Source: Candidatus Kaiserbacteria bacterium
Lineage (GTDB): Bacteria > Patescibacteriota > Minisyncoccia > Phycocordibacterales > UBA2100
Length of the DNA: 64,000 nucleotides
Assembly: GCA_028286865.1 (NCBI GenBank)
Contig: JAQBQU010000010.1
Location: forward strand, 6,143 to 70,142
Direction of reading: 5' to 3'
Shown here: positions 8,620 to 20,167 of the stretch, in pieces
How the letters are laid out: each line of letters starts with the position of its first letter
How positions within the stretch are numbered: position 1 is the stretch's first letter
Program-made: the position numbers and the translations under genes
Notes under the pieces: model-generated
Told to the model about the DNA's origin: nothing
What the model saw: only the letters and a program-made list of their open reading frames with translations
The model's database searches: none

Positions 8620-10293
8620 TCAGATGCAGGCGCCTTCACTCGAAGGGCCAACATTGCGGATGTAGATGCCGAGAACACCGCTGTCGAAACGTGGTTTCGG
8701 CTGTACCCATTCCGCACGTCGCCGAGCAATTTCTTCCTCGGGGACGTTGAGCTGCACCAGGTTCCGCTCGGCATCGATAGTGATCATGTCGCCATCTTTG
8801 ATCAGTGCGATTACGCCACCGTCGTATGCCTCGGGATCAACATGCCCGACAGCGAAGCCGCGCGTTCCACCGGAGAACCGTCCATCGGTGAGAAGCGCAA
8901 CTTGTCCGTCGAGACCTTGTCCGGAGAGTTCCGAGGTCGGCGCGAGCATTTCACGCATTCCCGGACCGCCCTTCGGGCCTTCGTTCCGAACGACAACAAC
9001 GTCGCCCGGCACAATCTTCAGAGCACGAATTGCCTTCGCACAGTCTTCTTCCGATTCGAACACGCGCGCAGGGCCCGTGATCGAAGGATTTGCGAGGCCC
9101 GTGATCTTCGCCACCGCGCCGTTCGGAGCAAGGTTGCCCTTCAAGATGGCGAGGTGCCCATGTTTGTGCATGGGATTGGACCACGGACGAACAACGTCCT
9201 GGCCTTCCGGTGGTTCCGACGGAACCCCTTCCAGCATTTCACCCATCGTCTTCCCGTGGATAGTCATGCAGCCCTCGTTCAGTTCGCCATGTTTACGCAG
9301 CATGCTGAGAAGGAGCGGCACGCCGCCGACTCGGTTGAAGTCGACGGCAAGGTATTGGCCCCACGGCTTCATGTTGCAAACCACGGGCACCATCAGGCGC
9401 ACGCGCTCGAAGTCGTTGATTGTCCACTCCACTTTCGCAGCGCGGGCAATCGCCATGCCGTGCAGGATGAGGTTGGTTGAACCGCCAGCCATCATGACCA
9501 CCTTCACCGCGTTCTCGAAGGACTTCCGAGTGATGATTTTCCGCGGCGTAAGGTCGTCGCGGATTGCATCAATAAGAAGCCGCGCCGAGACTTCGACGGA
9601 GTCGAGTTTCTCGTCAGCGACGGCGGCCAACTGCGATGAGCGCAAACGACTCATGCCGAGAGCTTCCGCAAATGCTGAGAAGGTATTGGCGGTGTACATG
9701 CCGCCGCACGCCCCAGGGCCCGGGCACGCATGTCGCTCGATCGCATCGAATTGTTCGCGATCGATTTTGCCGGCGCTGAGCTGCCCAACGGCGATGAACG
9801 GGTCGATAATCGTGAGATCACGTCCGTTCAACTTGCCGGGCATGATTGTGCCGCCGTACTCGAAGACAGAGGGCACGTTCATTTCAGCCATCGCAATCAA
9901 AATGCCGGGCTGGTTCTTGTCGCACGCGCCGATGGCCATGAAGCCATCCATCGCGTGTCCCATAACCCCACATTCAATCGACTGCGCGATCACGCCACGT
10001 GACACCAGCGAATATCTCATCGCCGGCGTGCCCATGCTGGTGCCGTCGGTGACGGTCGAAAAACCGAACGTCTGAGGCATCGCACCGGCCGACAACAGTG
10101 CCTTTTTCGCGCGCTCGACGAGTGGACGAATACCGGCGTTGCAGGTGCTGACGGTCGCGTGACCGTCGGCGATCCCAACCTTTGGCTTCGCCATGTCGGC
10201 ATCGGTATAGCCGAGACCGCGGACCATTGCACGCGCAGGCGAACGGTCGTCGCCCTTGTAAATCACATCGGATCGTCTGGTGAGGCTTTTCAA
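8620..10293 (-). CDS. ilvD: Dihydroxy-acid dehydratase
   Basis: CDKNQPG, CGGMYTANT, GPKGGPGMREML, TDGRFSGGT; TTG start at 10293 inferred from a GGGAG SD. Confidence 0.93.
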   Translation of the reverse strand: MKSLTRRSDVIYKGDDRSPARAMVRGLGYTDADMAKPKVGIADGHATVSTCNAGIRPLVERAKKALLSAGAMPQTFGFSTVTDGTSMGTPAMRYSLVSRGVIAQSIECGVMGHAMDGFMAIGACDKNQPGILIAMAEMNVPSVFEYGGTIMPGKLNGRDLTIIDPFIAVGQLSAGKIDREQFDAIERHACPGPGACGGMYTANTFSAFAEALGMSRLRSSQLAAVADEKLDSVEVSARLLIDAIRDDLTPRKIITRKSFENAVKVVMMAGGSTNLILHGMAIARAAKVEWTINDFERVRLMVPVVCNMKPWGQYLAVDFNRVGGVPLLLSMLRKHGELNEGCMTIHGKTMGEMLEGVPSEPPEGQDVVRPWSNPMHKHGHLAILKGNLAPNGAVAKITGLANPSITGPARVFESEEDCAKAIRALKIVPGDVVVVRNEGPKGGPGMREMLAPTSELSGQGLDGQVALLTDGRFSGGTRGFAVGHVDPEAYDGGVIALIKDGDMITIDAERNLVQLNVPEEEIARRRAEWVQPKPRFDSGVLGIYIRNVGPSSEGACI

Positions 10294-10357
10294 TTTCAAA
10301 CTCCCATCTGTCAAACAGCGAAAATCCCCGGTATTCAATAGTCCCGGGGCGACGAAA

Positions 10358-10386
10358 ACTTTACATAAATCACGAGTCGATGTCAA
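10358..10386 (-). promoter_or_regulatory. sigma70 promoter of ilvD
   Basis: TTGACA-N17-TAAAGT. Confidence 0.7.
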
Positions 10387-10387
10387 C

Positions 10388-13033
10388 CTAGGACTTCTTT
10401 GCTTTCTTCAGTATCTTTTTGAGGTAGTAGCCGGTGTGTGAGCCTTCGGTGCGCGCCACTTCTTCGGGCGTGCCTTTGGCCACGATATTGCCGCCTCCTT
10501 CTCCCCCTTCAGGGCCCATGTCGATAAGGTAATCAGCGCACTTTAGGAGATCGAGATTGTGCTCGATCACGACGACCGTGTTGCCGCGGTCAACGAGCTT
10601 CTGAAGAATGTCGATGAGCTTCGCGACGTCGTCGTAATGAAGTCCGACCGTCGGCTCATCAAGAAGATAAATGCTCTTAGTGATGTGCGGACGATACAGT
10701 TCCGACGCGATCTTGACGCGCTGTGCTTCACCTCCGGAGAGCGTCGTCGCACTCTGACCAAGCTCAAGGTAAGAAAGGCCCACATCGGCGAGCGTACTCA
10801 ATCGGTCATGGATCGCTGGAATATCCTCGAAAAAATTTATGGCCTGCTCGACGGTCATGGTGAGCACATCGTGAATACTCTTCTTCTTGTACTTCACTTC
10901 GAGCGTCTCTTTCATAAAACGCTTGCCGTTGCAGACATCGCAGGTCACGTAGACCGTCGGAAGGAAGTGCATCTCCACTGCGACAAGGCCGTTGCCTTGG
11001 CATGCCTCGCAGCGACCGCCTTTGACGTTGAATGAGAAGCGTCCCGGTCCCCATCCGCGCGCCTTGCTCTCTTCGCTCATCGCGAACATGTCGCGGATGT
11101 GCGTCCATGCACCGGTGTATGTGGCGGGATTCGAGCGCGGCGTGCGACCGATTGCTGACTGATCGATGAGGATCGCACGGCCGAGATATTCGGTGCCGGC
11201 GAATTCTTTGCAGTTGTATATCTTGGCCGTACGGAAACGCTTGTCGAAGCGCGCCTGAAGATTGCGATGCAGGATTTCGTACAAGAAGGTCGATTTGCCC
11301 GATCCCGAGACACCCGTGATACCCACGAGCTTATTGAGCGGGATATCTACGTTGAGATCCTTCATGTTGAACTTATTGGCTCCGCGCACCTTGATCTTCC
11401 CGCGATCAGCGGTACGACGGTGCTCGGGAAGCTCGATGCGGATCTCATCACGGAGGTATCCGAGCGTGCGCGATTTACTCTTGTTGGTCTTCGCGGTGAG
11501 CAGTTCGTCGAGCCAGCCGGCGGCAACGATATTGCCGCCATGCACTCCGGCGCCCGGACCGATGTCGATGATGTAGTCGGATGCATAGATCGTATCTTCG
11601 TCGTGCTCGACCACGAGCACGCTGTTACCGAGATCCCGCAAATGTTTGAGCGTGACGATGAGCTTATCGTTGTCGCGCTGGTGAAGACCGATGGTCGGCT
11701 CATCGAGCACATACAAAGCGCCCACGAGGCCGGAGCCGAGCTGCGAGGCCAAGCGGATGCGTTGTGCCTCGCCGCCGGAGAGCGTATTGGCCTTTCGATC
11801 GAGTGTGAGGTATTCGATACCCACATTGAGCATGAACTGCAGGCGCGACGTGATCTCCTTGATCACCTGGCGCGAGATCTCTTCTTCTTTTTTGGTAAGT
11901 TTGAGCTTATTGAAAAAATCCATCGCGTGCTCAATGGAAAGCGATGAGAGATTCACGATGTTGGTGCCCTTCGCCGGACCTTTATGATCCGCCGGCGCTT
12001 CTACATGCCCGAGAAAGACGTTGAGCGCCTCGGGACGAAGTCGTGCACCTTCGCAGACAGGACACGCCTCGTCGCTGAAAAGATACTTGGTACCAAGACC
12101 CTTACACTCGGGGCATGCACCGTACGGTGAATTGAAAGAGAAGAGTCGCGGTTCGACTTCGGGGAATGAAAACCCGTCGTACGGGCACAAGAATTTTGCC
12201 GAAACGATATGAGTAGAGCCGTCGGCGTCCATGATGCGCACTAATCCGTCGGATTCGAGGAGAGCGCGTTCGATGGCCTCCGAGGCCCGCTCGAAAGAGC
12301 CCTTCTTGTCGTCGCTGAACTCGCTGACGAATATCTCGTCGACGATGATATCGATATCGTGGCGGTCGTTCTTCTCGAGCACGATGCGCTCGCGAAGTGA
12401 TTTCTCCTTACCGTCGATGATGGCCTTTTCGTATCCCTTGCCGAGCATGTCGTAGAGCAACTGGTAGTACTCACCTTTGCGCCCTACAACGATGGGAGCA
12501 AGTATTTTGATCTTCGCATCGGTCACACCGGACGTGAGATTCTTCTTAGCTTCGGCCTTTCCCTTCTTTTGTGCTTTTTCGACGAGCTCAAGCACTGATT
12601 CGAGTATCTCTTCGTTGGTGAGCTTCTTTACTTCGCGTCCGCAGACCGGGCAGTGCGGATGTCCGATGCGCGCATACAAGACGCGCAGATAGTCGTATAT
12701 CTCGGTGATCGTCGCCACGGTTGAGCGTGGATTATTAGAGCGACTTTTCTGATCGATCGAGATCGCTGGAGAGAGTCCCGTTATCTCGTCGAGATCGGGC
12801 TTCTGCATCTGACGCAGGAATTGGCGGGCATAGGCGGAGAGTGATTCCACATATTTTCGCTGACCTTCGGCAAAGATAGTGTCGAACGCGAGCGATGACT
12901 TACCCGAGCCGGAGAGGCCGGTGAAGACCACCATTTTGCCGCGCGGCATTTCAACGCTCACATTCTTGAGATTGTGAGTACGGGCGCCTTTGATGACGAT
13001 CTTGTCGTTTTCGTCCATGCGTTTGTCTGCCAT
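10388..13033 (-). CDS. uvrA: Excinuclease ABC subunit A
   Basis: Two Walker A motifs ([18 protein letters not shown]), LSGGEAQR twice, Zn fingers. Confidence 0.98.
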   Translation of the reverse strand: MADKRMDENDKIVIKGARTHNLKNVSVEMPRGKMVVFTGLSGSGKSSLAFDTIFAEGQRKYVESLSAYARQFLRQMQKPDLDEITGLSPAISIDQKSRSNNPRSTVATITEIYDYLRVLYARIGHPHCPVCGREVKKLTNEEILESVLELVEKAQKKGKAEAKKNLTSGVTDAKIKILAPIVVGRKGEYYQLLYDMLGKGYEKAIIDGKEKSLRERIVLEKNDRHDIDIIVDEIFVSEFSDDKKGSFERASEAIERALLESDGLVRIMDADGSTHIVSAKFLCPYDGFSFPEVEPRLFSFNSPYGACPECKGLGTKYLFSDEACPVCEGARLRPEALNVFLGHVEAPADHKGPAKGTNIVNLSSLSIEHAMDFFNKLKLTKKEEEISRQVIKEITSRLQFMLNVGIEYLTLDRKANTLSGGEAQRIRLASQLGSGLVGALYVLDEPTIGLHQRDNDKLIVTLKHLRDLGNSVLVVEHDEDTIYASDYIIDIGPGAGVHGGNIVAAGWLDELLTAKTNKSKSRTLGYLRDEIRIELPEHRRTADRGKIKVRGANKFNMKDLNVDIPLNKLVGITGVSGSGKSTFLYEILHRNLQARFDKRFRTAKIYNCKEFAGTEYLGRAILIDQSAIGRTPRSNPATYTGAWTHIRDMFAMSEESKARGWGPGRFSFNVKGGRCEACQGNGLVAVEMHFLPTVYVTCDVCNGKRFMKETLEVKYKKKSIHDVLTMTVEQAINFFEDIPAIHDRLSTLADVGLSYLELGQSATTLSGGEAQRVKIASELYRPHITKSIYLLDEPTVGLHYDDVAKLIDILQKLVDRGNTVVVIEHNLDLLKCADYLIDMGPEGGEGGGNIVAKGTPEEVARTEGSHTGYYLKKILKKAKKS

Positions 13034-13076
13034 AGCAAATGTTTCTGACCCCCTGCTTACGCTGGGGGGTTGGATG

Positions 13077-13105
13077 TAGACATTATATCACAAAGCGCTT
13101 ATTCT
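13077..13105 (+). promoter_or_regulatory. Putative promoter of the GNAT gene
   Basis: TAGACA-N17-TATTCT; SD GAGGGAG before ATG 13137. Confidence 0.6.
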
Positions 13106-13136
13106 GGCCGTGGCACATCATTGAGGGAGTTCGTGT

Positions 13137-13601
13137 ATGTATCGCAGTCTGCGGATCGAATCTGCGGAAGCACAGAAATTCCGCGCTCAACACCTGACTG
13201 ATCGAGGTCTTATAATTGACGAGTGGGACCGGATCAGTTTCCATTACGGGGTATGCGGCGATACGGGTCTCGTTGCCGTCTTTAGGCTCACCGCAGTGCT
13301 TGAACAGAAGCTGCCGTTCACCGGGCATGTGAAGCCAGAAGCGCCCCTGAAGAACAATAGCTTAGAGATCGGACGGTTACTTATTGCGCCCGCAGCGAGG
13401 CAAAGCTTACTGGGGCTTAAGGTTTACCGGACGGTGCAGGCTTCACTCGCCTCGAGCGGCTGCATATACGCGTACGCCGACAGCATCGCAAAGTCGGGGT
13501 TGACGCACCTCGGCTTTCGAAGAACGACTGCGACATATTTCGATGAACGATATGGCGCACAGAGTACCGTCTATGAGGCGTTCATCATTGACCTGCTTTG
13601 A
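13137..13601 (+). CDS. GNAT-fold N-acyltransferase-like protein (LuxI/FeeM/OlsB-like)
   Basis: DEWDxxSxH, LVAVFRL, LP and EIGRLLIAPxxR pattern, LGF near the C-terminus. Confidence 0.6.
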   Translation: MYRSLRIESAEAQKFRAQHLTDRGLIIDEWDRISFHYGVCGDTGLVAVFRLTAVLEQKLPFTGHVKPEAPLKNNSLEIGRLLIAPAARQSLLGLKVYRTVQASLASSGCIYAYADSIAKSGLTHLGFRRTTATYFDERYGAQSTVYEAFIIDLL

Positions 13602-13625
13602 TCACACGCATCCAATATTAAAAGG

Positions 13626-13646
13626 CCGGGCAATGCGCCCGGCCTT
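13626..13646. repeat. 21-bp terminator-hairpin repeat, copy 1
   Basis: CCGGGCAATGCGCCCGGCCTT, identical to 14486-14506. Confidence 0.85.
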
Positions 13647-13669
13647 TTTTCGAATAAGCGGTATTTGGA

Positions 13670-14383
13670 TCAGAACGTCTTGACCGCCTTGGCGAAAAAC
13701 GTAAGCCCTCCGGAATCGCCGTCCGGACCGTTGGTGTAGCGCTTGCCGGCGTAGCGGATCGCGGGAAGTGTGACTTCAAAGCTCTTGTCGAGCTTAAACA
13801 CGAGTCCCGCATCTACGACCCCGTTGATGCCCGGTTTTCCGAACACGCCCGTGCCATACACGACGCGTGCCCCGGTGTCTACGGACAACAGATCGCTGAG
13901 GTTGTGCCGTACCCAGACGCCCACATGGGTGCCGATGGCAGCATGTCCGTTGAGCAGTTGCCAGTAGTCGACACGAGCATACGGGGAGATCACCGACGCG
14001 CCGACCTCGAAGTCCTTCCAGAGCTTGGAACCGACGACGACTGCGTCGCCGAGACTCCGTGTGGCACCCGAGAGACTCAGATACGTGACGCTCAGATCGA
14101 GCTTCATTTTTCCGATCGGTACGACGAGACCTGCGAACGCGTCGGTCTCGTTATTGGGCGTGCGCTGATACGCACCGAAGTATGCGCCGTTCGTAAGCGC
14201 CGCCGAGATACTTGTCCACATCACGGGACCTCTCTTCTCGCCCGGATAACTGAAATCGGGTCCGATCCAGTTAGTCCCGAACCACAGGGCGGTTGTGATC
14301 GATTCGATCTTCAGATCGCTCGCATGTGCAGCAGAGGTGCACATGAAAAGCCCGAAGAAGAATGCTCTCAGATACGAGTACAT
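13670..14383 (-). CDS. Exported beta-barrel-like protein (TorF/Gcw_chp porin-like)
   Basis: Signal peptide ending AHA, alternating amphipathic strands, NGAYFGAY..ETDAFAG..LDLSVTY, terminal Phe (AVKTF). Confidence 0.65.
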   Translation of the reverse strand: MYSYLRAFFFGLFMCTSAAHASDLKIESITTALWFGTNWIGPDFSYPGEKRGPVMWTSISAALTNGAYFGAYQRTPNNETDAFAGLVVPIGKMKLDLSVTYLSLSGATRSLGDAVVVGSKLWKDFEVGASVISPYARVDYWQLLNGHAAIGTHVGVWVRHNLSDLLSVDTGARVVYGTGVFGKPGINGVVDAGLVFKLDKSFEVTLPAIRYAGKRYTNGPDGDSGGLTFFAKAVKTF

Positions 14384-14428
14384 GGTGCCCCCTTGGCAAG
14401 CCTGGTTGAGACAAATTACACTGGCAAC

Positions 14429-14457
14429 GTAATACCATTGAAGTAGTGAGGTGTCAA
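14429..14457 (-). promoter_or_regulatory. sigma70 promoter of the beta-barrel gene
   Basis: TTGACA-N17-TATTAC; AAGGGGG SD-like sequence before the ATG. Confidence 0.6.
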
Positions 14458-14485
14458 CCTTATCGATATTCTACAAATGAAAAGA

Positions 14486-14506
14486 CCGGGCAATGCGCCC
14501 GGCCTT
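14486..14506. repeat. 21-bp terminator-hairpin repeat, copy 2
   Basis: Identical to 13626-13646. Confidence 0.85.
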
Positions 14507-14528
14507 CGTCATAAATAATTTGCCTGCC

Positions 14529-14909
14529 TTAACGTTCGCAGACGATATCGACCACGTTAGCGATCTCTTCGTCCTTAGACAGATACTTGAGATCTTCGGT
14601 GGTTGAATCGCCGGCATCGATACCGGTCACCTTCTCGAATGAGCACGAGGAGTGCGACGTAAAGCTTATTGCTCGGATCAATTCGTGTCCGGGCAGCTGC
14701 CGGATCAACGAGACCATTTGTGCTCCGCTGCCGTCGCGACCCAGATGTGTGACGATGGTATCCCAATCAGGAATGTGGGGCATCATCGCTGTCACTGCAC
14801 GGTGGCTCTCATAGACGTCGACACGGCAACCCGCGTCGGTCAGAGCCTTATAAAGTGCCTCACGCATTTCCTTGTCTTCCTCGACCACGCAAATGCGAGC
14901 ATGTGCCAT
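14529..14909 (-). CDS. Atypical stand-alone receiver (CheY-like) domain protein
   Basis: RICVVEEDxxMRxxLxxxLxxxG...DTIVTH..G..G pattern; SD AGGAGGT; TGGACG-N17-TACTGT promoter. Confidence 0.65.
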   Translation of the reverse strand: MAHARICVVEEDKEMREALYKALTDAGCRVDVYESHRAVTAMMPHIPDWDTIVTHLGRDGSGAQMVSLIRQLPGHELIRAISFTSHSSCSFEKVTGIDAGDSTTEDLKYLSKDEEIANVVDIVCER

Positions 14910-14977
14910 CTCTACCTCCTACAGCCGGGCACGTGAAATTCCTCGGCAACAGTACTATCCCTCGGCATCTGCGTCCA

Positions 14978-15901
14978 CTACATCATTGCCGCTTCTTCTT
15001 GGAGTTCGACGCCGAATTGAGCGGCGACGTCGAGCTTGATCACTTGAGCAAGATTGCGTACATCATGCGCCGTCGCATTACCCGTGTTCACGATGTAGTT
15101 CGGATGCTGCTCACTCGCTATCGCATCCCCTACCCGATGACCTTTGAGTCCCGCCTTTTCGATCAGCCATCCCGCTGGCACTCGCCCGCCGCGCGCTTTT
15201 ACTCCCTTTTCGGACTCGAACATATCAATAATATTTTGCGGAGCTGTCGGATTCATAAAAAAACTGCCTGCCGCTCGCACATTCTGCAAATGCCGCTTCT
15301 CGCGCTCCGCGATCGTCTCCTCGGCGAGGCGCTTTGAAGTTTGCGGATCAGTTTGCAGTAATTCAACGGTAACGCCCGTGATCACCCACTCCGGATGATC
15401 CTTGAAATATGAATGTCGGTATGAGAAATCACATTCCGCATTTGAAAAATCCCTTGCCTCGCCCGATACGATATTGATAGCGCGCACATTCCGGACGAAA
15501 TCTTTTATCTCGGGTCCGAACGCACCCGCATTGCCTCGCGCAGCTCCTCCGATCGAACCGGGAATACCGGCGAGCTTCTCCCACCCTCCCAGATCCTTTT
15601 CCGCCGCTGCATTGATGAGTCCCAGCAAATTGCATCCCGCTTCTGCACTCACGGTGACACCATTGATGGAGTGTTCGCCTTCCCCGATGCGGATAACCAG
15701 CCCCTGCATGCCACCGTCGGGGATGAGTACATTGCTCCCGCCGGCAAGTATCGTCATTTTGAGTCCCTTCTCTTTGGTATAGGCGAGCGCTTCCAGAATT
15801 TCGGCCTCGTTCTTAACTTCGACGATGTATTGCGCCGGGCCTCCGATCTCAAAGGTCGTGAGCGGAGCCAGCGGCACGTTCTCGCGGATATTAAGCGCCA
15901 T
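14978..15901 (-). CDS. murB: UDP-N-acetylenolpyruvoylglucosamine reductase
   Basis: TTFEIGGPA, GGSNVL, GIPGSIGGA, NAGAFG, FSYRHS, AGSFFMNP; start overlaps the uvrB end. Confidence 0.95.
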   Translation of the reverse strand: MALNIRENVPLAPLTTFEIGGPAQYIVEVKNEAEILEALAYTKEKGLKMTILAGGSNVLIPDGGMQGLVIRIGEGEHSINGVTVSAEAGCNLLGLINAAAEKDLGGWEKLAGIPGSIGGAARGNAGAFGPEIKDFVRNVRAINIVSGEARDFSNAECDFSYRHSYFKDHPEWVITGVTVELLQTDPQTSKRLAEETIAEREKRHLQNVRAAGSFFMNPTAPQNIIDMFESEKGVKARGGRVPAGWLIEKAGLKGHRVGDAIASEQHPNYIVNTGNATAHDVRNLAQVIKLDVAAQFGVELQEEAAMM

Positions 15902-17960
15902 ATTCTTCATCGGACTTAGGATTCGCGATCGTGTTCTTTGCCGCCTTCTTCGCGGTCTTGGTCAATTTCTCAAGCTCCCCGATCTCGTCGCGCAAAATTG
16001 CTGCCGTCTCAAAGTCGAGATCGTCGGCAGCCTGATGCATCTGACGGCGCTTTTCGGCGATGGCTTTCTTCGGATCCTTCTGCGCCGACATATCAAGTTC
16101 AGTGAGCTCAGTGACAGCTTTACGACGATTCTTTTGAATGTCGGCGGTAATATCGTGAATGCGCTTCTGAACCGTCTGCGGTGTGATGCCGTGCTTCTCG
16201 TTGTACGCCGTCTGGATCTTTCGTCTGCGGTCGGTCTCGTCGATAGCGCGCTGCATCGAGCCCGTCATATTATCCGCATACAGAATGACCTTACCGTTGA
16301 CGTTGCGCGCGGCGCGACCCATCGTCTGAATGAGGGAGGTCTCTGAGCGCAGGAACCCTTCTTTGTCGGCATCAAGAATTGCCACGAGTTCGACTTCCGG
16401 AAGGTCGAGCCCTTCGCGCAGCAGGTTGACGCCTACGAGCACATCAAAGGTCCCGCGACGGAATTCGGTGAGGATCTCGATGCGCTCGATCGTCTTTACG
16501 TCGCTGTGCAGGTATCGCACCTTGATCTTGCGCTCCTCGAGGAATGTAGCGAGATCTTCCGCCATCTTCTTGGTAAGGACCGTACACATCGTACGCGCAC
16601 CGCGAGCCGTGATCTTCTCCGCTTCCGCTATGAAATCCTTCACCTGTCCGGTGAATGTATCGGAACTTACGATCGGGCGAATGATGATCTCCGGGTCGAT
16701 GAGTCCGGTCGGGCGAATGACCTGCTCGATCGGCTTACCGCTTCGTGCGAGCTCGTAGACGCCTGGGGTGGCCGATGTATAGATGGTTTGTCCGACGCTC
16801 TTCTCGAATTCTGCAAATTTAAGCGGACGATTGTCGAGTGCGGACGGCAAGCGGAACCCGTATTCGATAAGGATATCCTTGCGAGCTTTGTCTCCGGCAT
16901 ACATACCGCCGATCTGCGGTATGGTCACGTGCGACTCGTCGATCACGGTAAGGAAGTCGGGAGTCCCGTCGGCCTTGTGCGGGAAATACGAGAGCAGCGA
17001 GTACGACGGCTCGCCCGGCTTACGTCGGTCGAAGTGTCGCGAGTAGTTCTCTATGCCGTTGCAGTACCCGAACTCATTGATCATTGAGATGTCCTGACGG
17101 GTACGACGCTTGAGCCGCTCCGCCTCCAGAATTTTTCCCTGTGTGCCCAATACTTTCAGCCGCTCTTCGAGCTCGAATTTGATATCTGCCACGGCCGCCT
17201 CCTGCACCTCTTTGGGCGTCACGTAGTGCTTTGCAGGAAATATAAATACGGCATCCTTACTCTCGCCGATCTCGCGTGTCATCGCGTCGATCTCATCGAT
17301 ATGCGTGATCTTGCCGCCGCTAAGGTCGATGCGATAGATAGTGCGCTCGTTGGCAGGCATCACCTCGATCTTCGCACCCAGTGCTCGAAATGTACCGGGC
17401 GAAAGGTCGCCGGCGACTCGCTCGAAATACATTGCAATGAATTGGCGGGTCAGCGATGCGCGGGTGTATGCATCACCTTTGGAGAGCTTGAGATTCACCT
17501 TTTGATACTCTATCGGGCTTCCCAAGCCGTAGATACATGAGACGGATGCGACAACGATCACGTCCTTGCGTGTGAGCAATGCCTGCGTCGAGGCGTGACG
17601 AAGACGCTCGATGTCCTCGTTGATCATTGCCTCCTTCTCGATGTACGTGTCGGTCACCGCCATGTACGCCTCCGGCTGGTAGTAGTCGTAATACGAAACG
17701 AAATAATGTACCGCAGCATCGGGGAAGAAATCACGATACTCCGCCGCGAGCTGCGCGGCGAGCGTTTTGTTGTGAGCGATGACGAGTGTTGGCTTTTGGA
17801 TCTGTTCGATCACATTGGCGATGGTGAACGTCTTACCCGAGCCCGTGACGCCGAGGAGCGTCTGGTCGCGCTGTCCGGCCTTCACCCCCTTTACGAGCGC
17901 TTCTATCGCCTTGGGCTGGTCGCCCGCAGGTGTATATGAGGATTTAATATTGAGCGACAT
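15891..17960 (-). CDS. uvrB: Excinuclease ABC subunit B
   Basis: GDQP, GVTGSGKT, YYDYYQPEAY, DESH, C-terminal UVR motif. Confidence 0.98.
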   Translation of the reverse strand: MSLNIKSSYTPAGDQPKAIEALVKGVKAGQRDQTLLGVTGSGKTFTIANVIEQIQKPTLVIAHNKTLAAQLAAEYRDFFPDAAVHYFVSYYDYYQPEAYMAVTDTYIEKEAMINEDIERLRHASTQALLTRKDVIVVASVSCIYGLGSPIEYQKVNLKLSKGDAYTRASLTRQFIAMYFERVAGDLSPGTFRALGAKIEVMPANERTIYRIDLSGGKITHIDEIDAMTREIGESKDAVFIFPAKHYVTPKEVQEAAVADIKFELEERLKVLGTQGKILEAERLKRRTRQDISMINEFGYCNGIENYSRHFDRRKPGEPSYSLLSYFPHKADGTPDFLTVIDESHVTIPQIGGMYAGDKARKDILIEYGFRLPSALDNRPLKFAEFEKSVGQTIYTSATPGVYELARSGKPIEQVIRPTGLIDPEIIIRPIVSSDTFTGQVKDFIAEAEKITARGARTMCTVLTKKMAEDLATFLEERKIKVRYLHSDVKTIERIEILTEFRRGTFDVLVGVNLLREGLDLPEVELVAILDADKEGFLRSETSLIQTMGRAARNVNGKVILYADNMTGSMQRAIDETDRRRKIQTAYNEKHGITPQTVQKRIHDITADIQKNRRKAVTELTELDMSAQKDPKKAIAEKRRQMHQAADDLDFETAAILRDEIGELEKLTKTAKKAAKNTIANPKSDEEYGA

Positions 17961-18062
17961 ATCCATGTACTCTACCAAAATAGTTGCCAAATGAAGAGGC
18001 CCGGCAAAATACCGGGCCTATCCACAGAACTGAAAGATCTATCCGTCCCCGAAAAAGCGCTT

Positions 18063-18233
18063 CTAGGCTTTTGCGGCCTGCTCGTCGATCACCATTGCGT
18101 AGCCGCAATTGCTGCATGTGAACGTGCCCGGTGCATTAGGCACCTCGTTCATCGTGCTATTACACGACCCGCACAGATGCTTGGTCGCCGATGCCGAAGG
18201 CAGTGGAGAAGCTTGAACCGCTTCGCAGCTCAT
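18063..18233 (-). CDS. Small Zn-ribbon protein (56 aa)
   Basis: CGSC...CSNC; GGGGA SD; downstream hairpin at 17997-18019. Confidence 0.65.
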   Translation of the reverse strand: MSCEAVQASPLPSASATKHLCGSCNSTMNEVPNAPGTFTCSNCGYAMVIDEQAAKA

Positions 18234-18334
18234 CGTTGTATCCCCGTAGTTGTTTGAGTAGAAATAAGCGATACGCAATCGACGCACTGGGAGACACTCT
18301 GGCATTTCGATGCTGAAGCTCAGGTGAAGAATAG

Positions 18335-18362
18335 AAAAAGGCGGCCACGAGGACCACCTTTT
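18335..18362 (-). terminator. Intrinsic terminator after the 53-aa ORF
   Basis: AAAAGGTGGTCC-TCGT-GGCCGCCTTTTT on the minus strand. Confidence 0.65.
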
Positions 18363-18388
18363 GCATTACAAATCTCTTACTCGGATCT

Positions 18389-18550
18389 TCAGTTTGAGGT
18401 CGAAACTAGCGGTGTCATCCACGGATAGACACCCGTCTCGCGCTCTGTTGTGCATTTGCGCACGAGCGCCACAAGGGCTTCGCTCGGCGGTTCCGTATAT
18501 GCCCGGAGCGCACGTATCAACTCATCCAGATCTGCATTGTCAGCGGCCAT
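18389..18550 (-). CDS. Small hypothetical protein, 53 aa (MAADNADLDELIRALRAY...)
   Basis: Not in the ORF track; GGGGGA SD, upstream TG-C-TATAAT (18614-18622) and downstream terminator. Confidence 0.6.
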   Translation of the reverse strand: MAADNADLDELIRALRAYTEPPSEALVALVRKCTTERETGVYPWMTPLVSTSN

Positions 18551-18693
18551 TTATTCCCCCGTTTGACCGTCGAAAATTACGCGATGAATACGCGAACGCA
18601 ATTACTAAAGTGTATTATAGCACAGATATAAGTCACTTGCAATAGGTATAAAAGTCCGCTACTATCACCCCAGCGATCACGAGGGCAGGTCTA

Positions 18694-18864
18694 ATGGGAC
18701 ATAAGAAACCGCACAAATCGAAGGGTAAGGGTAAGAAAAACAAGAAGAAGGGGTCGAAGAAAGACGGTGGTCAGCCAGTAGTTGCGGTTGTTGTTGAAGA
18801 GTTAATGGACTCGCGAAGGGGTAGCTGGATATCGGCACCGCGACGCATCCACAGTGACGACTGA
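18694..18864 (+). CDS. Small Lys-rich protein, 56 aa (MGHKKPHKSKGKGKKNKKKGSKK...)
   Basis: TTGCAA-N17-TACTAT promoter (18637-18665), purine-rich RBS, downstream hairpin at 18890-18911. Confidence 0.6.
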   Translation: MGHKKPHKSKGKGKKNKKKGSKKDGGQPVVAVVVEELMDSRRGSWISAPRRIHSDD

Positions 18865-18910
18865 ATGTCGTCCGAGAGAAAACGTTTTCGAGGCGGCCAT
18901 GTGGCCGCCT

Positions 18911-20167
<1,257 letters not shown>

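Noticed and set aside
5389..10075. Long antisense ORFs (5389-7335, 8545-9480, 8666-10075)
   Set aside because: Shadows of carB and ilvD, expected from codon bias in GC-rich genes
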